Shown here piece by piece: positions 49,413-51,601 of a stretch of 51,601 nt of DNA. Source of the DNA: Campylobacteraceae bacterium (GTDB taxonomy: Bacteria > Campylobacterota > Campylobacteria > Campylobacterales > BB28); assembly GCA_016744535.1 (NCBI GenBank), contig JADGEE010000007.1, forward strand, positions 1 through 51,601. The letters are read 5' to 3'. The position numbers were made by a program, and so were the translations under genes. Numbering within the stretch: position 1 is the stretch's first letter; each line of letters begins with the position of its first letter. The notes under the pieces are model-generated. The model was not told where the DNA came from, did no database searches, and was given only the letters and a program-made list of their open reading frames with translations.

Positions 49413-51488
49413 TTAAAATTATATCTATACTCTTTTATTTTAATTCCATTAATTGCATTTTATCTGCTGTACTCATTTAAAGGTGAGTTTGAAGTAATAA
49501 AAGCAAATACTCAAAAGTTAAATTATGCAAATGCTGTTGAATATTGCACTAACGAAGAGGGAAGGCTTCCAACTCCTAATGAGATATTTTTAATTTACTC
49601 ATATAGCTTAAATCCTAACTTAAATTTTGATTTCTATTGGGCAGATGAAGAGAAGTTAAAAGAGTCAAGTTCTCAAAGTCTATTTAATATGTCAAAGGGT
49701 AAATCTTATTCAAATAAAAAAGTTGTAAAGCACGGGGTAATGTGTGTTAAAGATTCTCCTAAACAGATTTACTCACTCTTAATCGCTTTTGGACTTTTTA
49801 TATTTTTAATTTATATTTGGGTTAAATATTTAAAAAGAGATAAATTTATTGACTTAAGTCTGCTTAGTTTATTAGTTATTAGTTGGTTGATTTTAGGCTC
49901 TTATAAACTGGGTAGTTTTGAAGTACCTAAAACACTCTGGACATCAACAGATATTGGAGAGATGTTTGTGGTAGATTTAAAACGCGAACGAGAAGTTAGT
50001 AAAATTGCATATTTTCAAGAGATTGATAAAAAAGGTAGTTTTGAAATATCATACTTTAGTAAAGATAGAAGATGGGTTACTTATGATAAAGTAAACAAAA
50101 ATAAATTTCAAAACTCATTTAAGTGGCAATTTTTAAAAGATAATATAAAAACTAGATTTTTAAAATTAAGAGTTAAAAAAGCTCCTGTTTCACTCTTTGA
50201 ATTACGATTTTTAGAAAAAAATTCTCCTATTAAAAGTTTTGAAATAAAAACAAGAAGAGATAAAAAAGATATAAATAAACTCTTTGATGAAGTTAATGTT
50301 CCAGTAAAAGGTGGATATTATAATAATTTCTATTTTGATGAAATTTATCATTCACGAACTGGTTATGAAATCACTAAAGCAATAGACCCTTACGATAAAG
50401 TTCATCCAATGCTTGGTAAAAGTTTAATAGCATTAGGAATATCAATATTTGATATGACTCCATTTGGTTGGCGGTCAATGAATTTTATATTTGGAATATT
50501 TTTAATTATTATTATGTATTACTTTGGAAAAAATCTATTTAAATCAAGATTTTTAGGCTTTTTTGCCGGATTTTTAATGCTGTTTGATTTTATGCATTTA
50601 ACACAATCAAGAATAGGCTTAATTGATACATTTGGAGTCTTCTTTATATTAACAGCTTATTATATGTTATATATGTTTATAGATAGAGTTAAATTTAAAA
50701 AACCTCCTACTAAATATCTATTTTTAAGTGGAGTATTCTTAGGACTTGGAATATCTGTGAAGTGGTCGGCACTCTTTGGAATGGCAGGAATGGGTTTAAT
50801 AATTTTATATCTACTCTACAAAAATATAAGAGAAAAAAACTTACCATACTCAACTTTAAAATTTTTTACTTTAAGTTTTATATTTTTATTGTTAATTCCG
50901 TTAGCAATATATACAGCAAGTTTCTTTTCACTATTTTTAAAAGGTGATAGTTTAATGGATATAGTTAAACTTCAACAATTTATGTATAACTATCATCACG
51001 GTTTAACTGCTACACATCCATACACATCACTTTGGTATATGTGGCCTATAATAACTATTCCTATGGGTTATTTAAGAGAGACTTATCACTCTTTAACTTC
51101 TTCAATTAACGCAATGGGTAATCCAGCTATTTGGTGGATGGGAATTGTTGCTATTTTTTACACTATTTTTGCATTTGTAAAAAAACGAAATATAAAAGCA
51201 GGTATTATTCTAATAGGGTTTTTATCACTATTTATGCCTTACGCTTTTATAGACAGGGTTATGTTTATATACCATTTCTACTATGCTACACCTTTTTTAA
51301 TGTTAGCAATTGTTTATATGGCTAATGATTTAATTAGAAAAAAATTAAATTATATATATATTATTTTTGGATATATGTTTATTATAGTAGTATTATTTAC
51401 TCTATTTTATCCAATATTAACAGGAATTGAAGTTGAACGAACTTTTGTAAATGAGTATATGAAGTGGTTTACTAAGTGGTGGATGTAG
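49389..51488 (+). CDS. Protein O-mannosyltransferase-like (PMT/GT39) with extra N-terminal domains
   Basis: FDEIYH, HPMLGK, FGWR, SRIGLID, VKW, HPY.S.W..WP, GNPAIWW and FIYHF; N-terminal A.EYC..GRLPT..E...YW (DUF1566-like). Confidence 0.82.
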   Translation: MKNISHQSLKLYLYSFILIPLIAFYLLYSFKGEFEVIKANTQKLNYANAVEYCTNEEGRLPTPNEIFLIYSYSLNPNLNFDFYWADEEKLKESSSQSLFNMSKGKSYSNKKVVKHGVMCVKDSPKQIYSLLIAFGLFIFLIYIWVKYLKRDKFIDLSLLSLLVISWLILGSYKLGSFEVPKTLWTSTDIGEMFVVDLKREREVSKIAYFQEIDKKGSFEISYFSKDRRWVTYDKVNKNKFQNSFKWQFLKDNIKTRFLKLRVKKAPVSLFELRFLEKNSPIKSFEIKTRRDKKDINKLFDEVNVPVKGGYYNNFYFDEIYHSRTGYEITKAIDPYDKVHPMLGKSLIALGISIFDMTPFGWRSMNFIFGIFLIIIMYYFGKNLFKSRFLGFFAGFLMLFDFMHLTQSRIGLIDTFGVFFILTAYYMLYMFIDRVKFKKPPTKYLFLSGVFLGLGISVKWSALFGMAGMGLIILYLLYKNIREKNLPYSTLKFFTLSFIFLLLIPLAIYTASFFSLFLKGDSLMDIVKLQQFMYNYHHGLTATHPYTSLWYMWPIITIPMGYLRETYHSLTSSINAMGNPAIWWMGIVAIFYTIFAFVKKRNIKAGIILIGFLSLFMPYAFIDRVMFIYHFYYATPFLMLAIVYMANDLIRKKLNYIYIIFGYMFIIVVLFTLFYPILTGIEVERTFVNEYMKWFTKWWM

Positions 51489-51601
51489 AAAAATTTTTCC
51501 ACTTCTTTTAAATTTTTTTAGATAGAGTAGTTGAGATAGTTCAATTACTAAAGAAAAAAGAAAATTAAATAATTTTCACAAATACTTAATTATATTTATA
51601 T

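Noticed and set aside
2521-51325. Short antisense or nested ORFs in the track (2521, 12713, 13949, 17063, 19430, 23079, 27544, 29375, 31399, 34800, 37650, 38497, 39452, 40378, 41047, 43443, 43870, 46348, 50762, 51131)
   Set aside because: All overlap motif-supported genes and show no recognisable motifs; they are typical shadow ORFs.
51526-51549. Imperfect hairpin AGTAGTTGA...TCAATTACT after the PMT-like gene
   Set aside because: There is no suitable U-tract on either strand, so it is not called as a terminator.
1-51601. CRISPR arrays, tRNA/rRNA genes, IS elements, integrases, prophage genes
   Set aside because: No regularly spaced repeats, GC-rich structured RNA segments or recombinase/transposase motifs were seen; intergenic gaps are short.

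Overview
Very AT-rich chromosomal window, most likely Campylobacterota (Epsilonproteobacteria), judged from the FlaB-type flagellin with a sigma54 promoter, clpS-clpA...aat, ilvE-SPFH and AHQWRQPL-type kinases. Bases 1-26.9 kb hold a tightly coupled minus-strand surface-glycan locus. It carries neuA/neuB/neuC-like genes, gmhA/gmhB, a domain-swapped HldE-like protein, a second nucleotidyltransferase, a split atypical transketolase, four radical-SAM enzymes (one B12-dependent), two methyltransferases, a degenerate NifU-like protein, an Fe/2OG dioxygenase and three MBOAT acyltransferases. Two of the MBOATs share 1114 identical bases but have different C-termini and different SGNH-like partners. 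A doubly frameshifted MNT-HEPN toxin-antitoxin pair sits at the head of the locus. The right half has housekeeping genes interleaved with accessory cassettes. Two cassettes (a PAS histidine kinase and an ImmA/IrrE-peptidase plus PIN pair) are flanked by 34-36 bp near-perfect direct repeats that duplicate gene termini, with no integrase nearby. No rRNA, tRNA, CRISPR array or transposase was recognised. All family calls come from motif recognition by eye, not from database searches.
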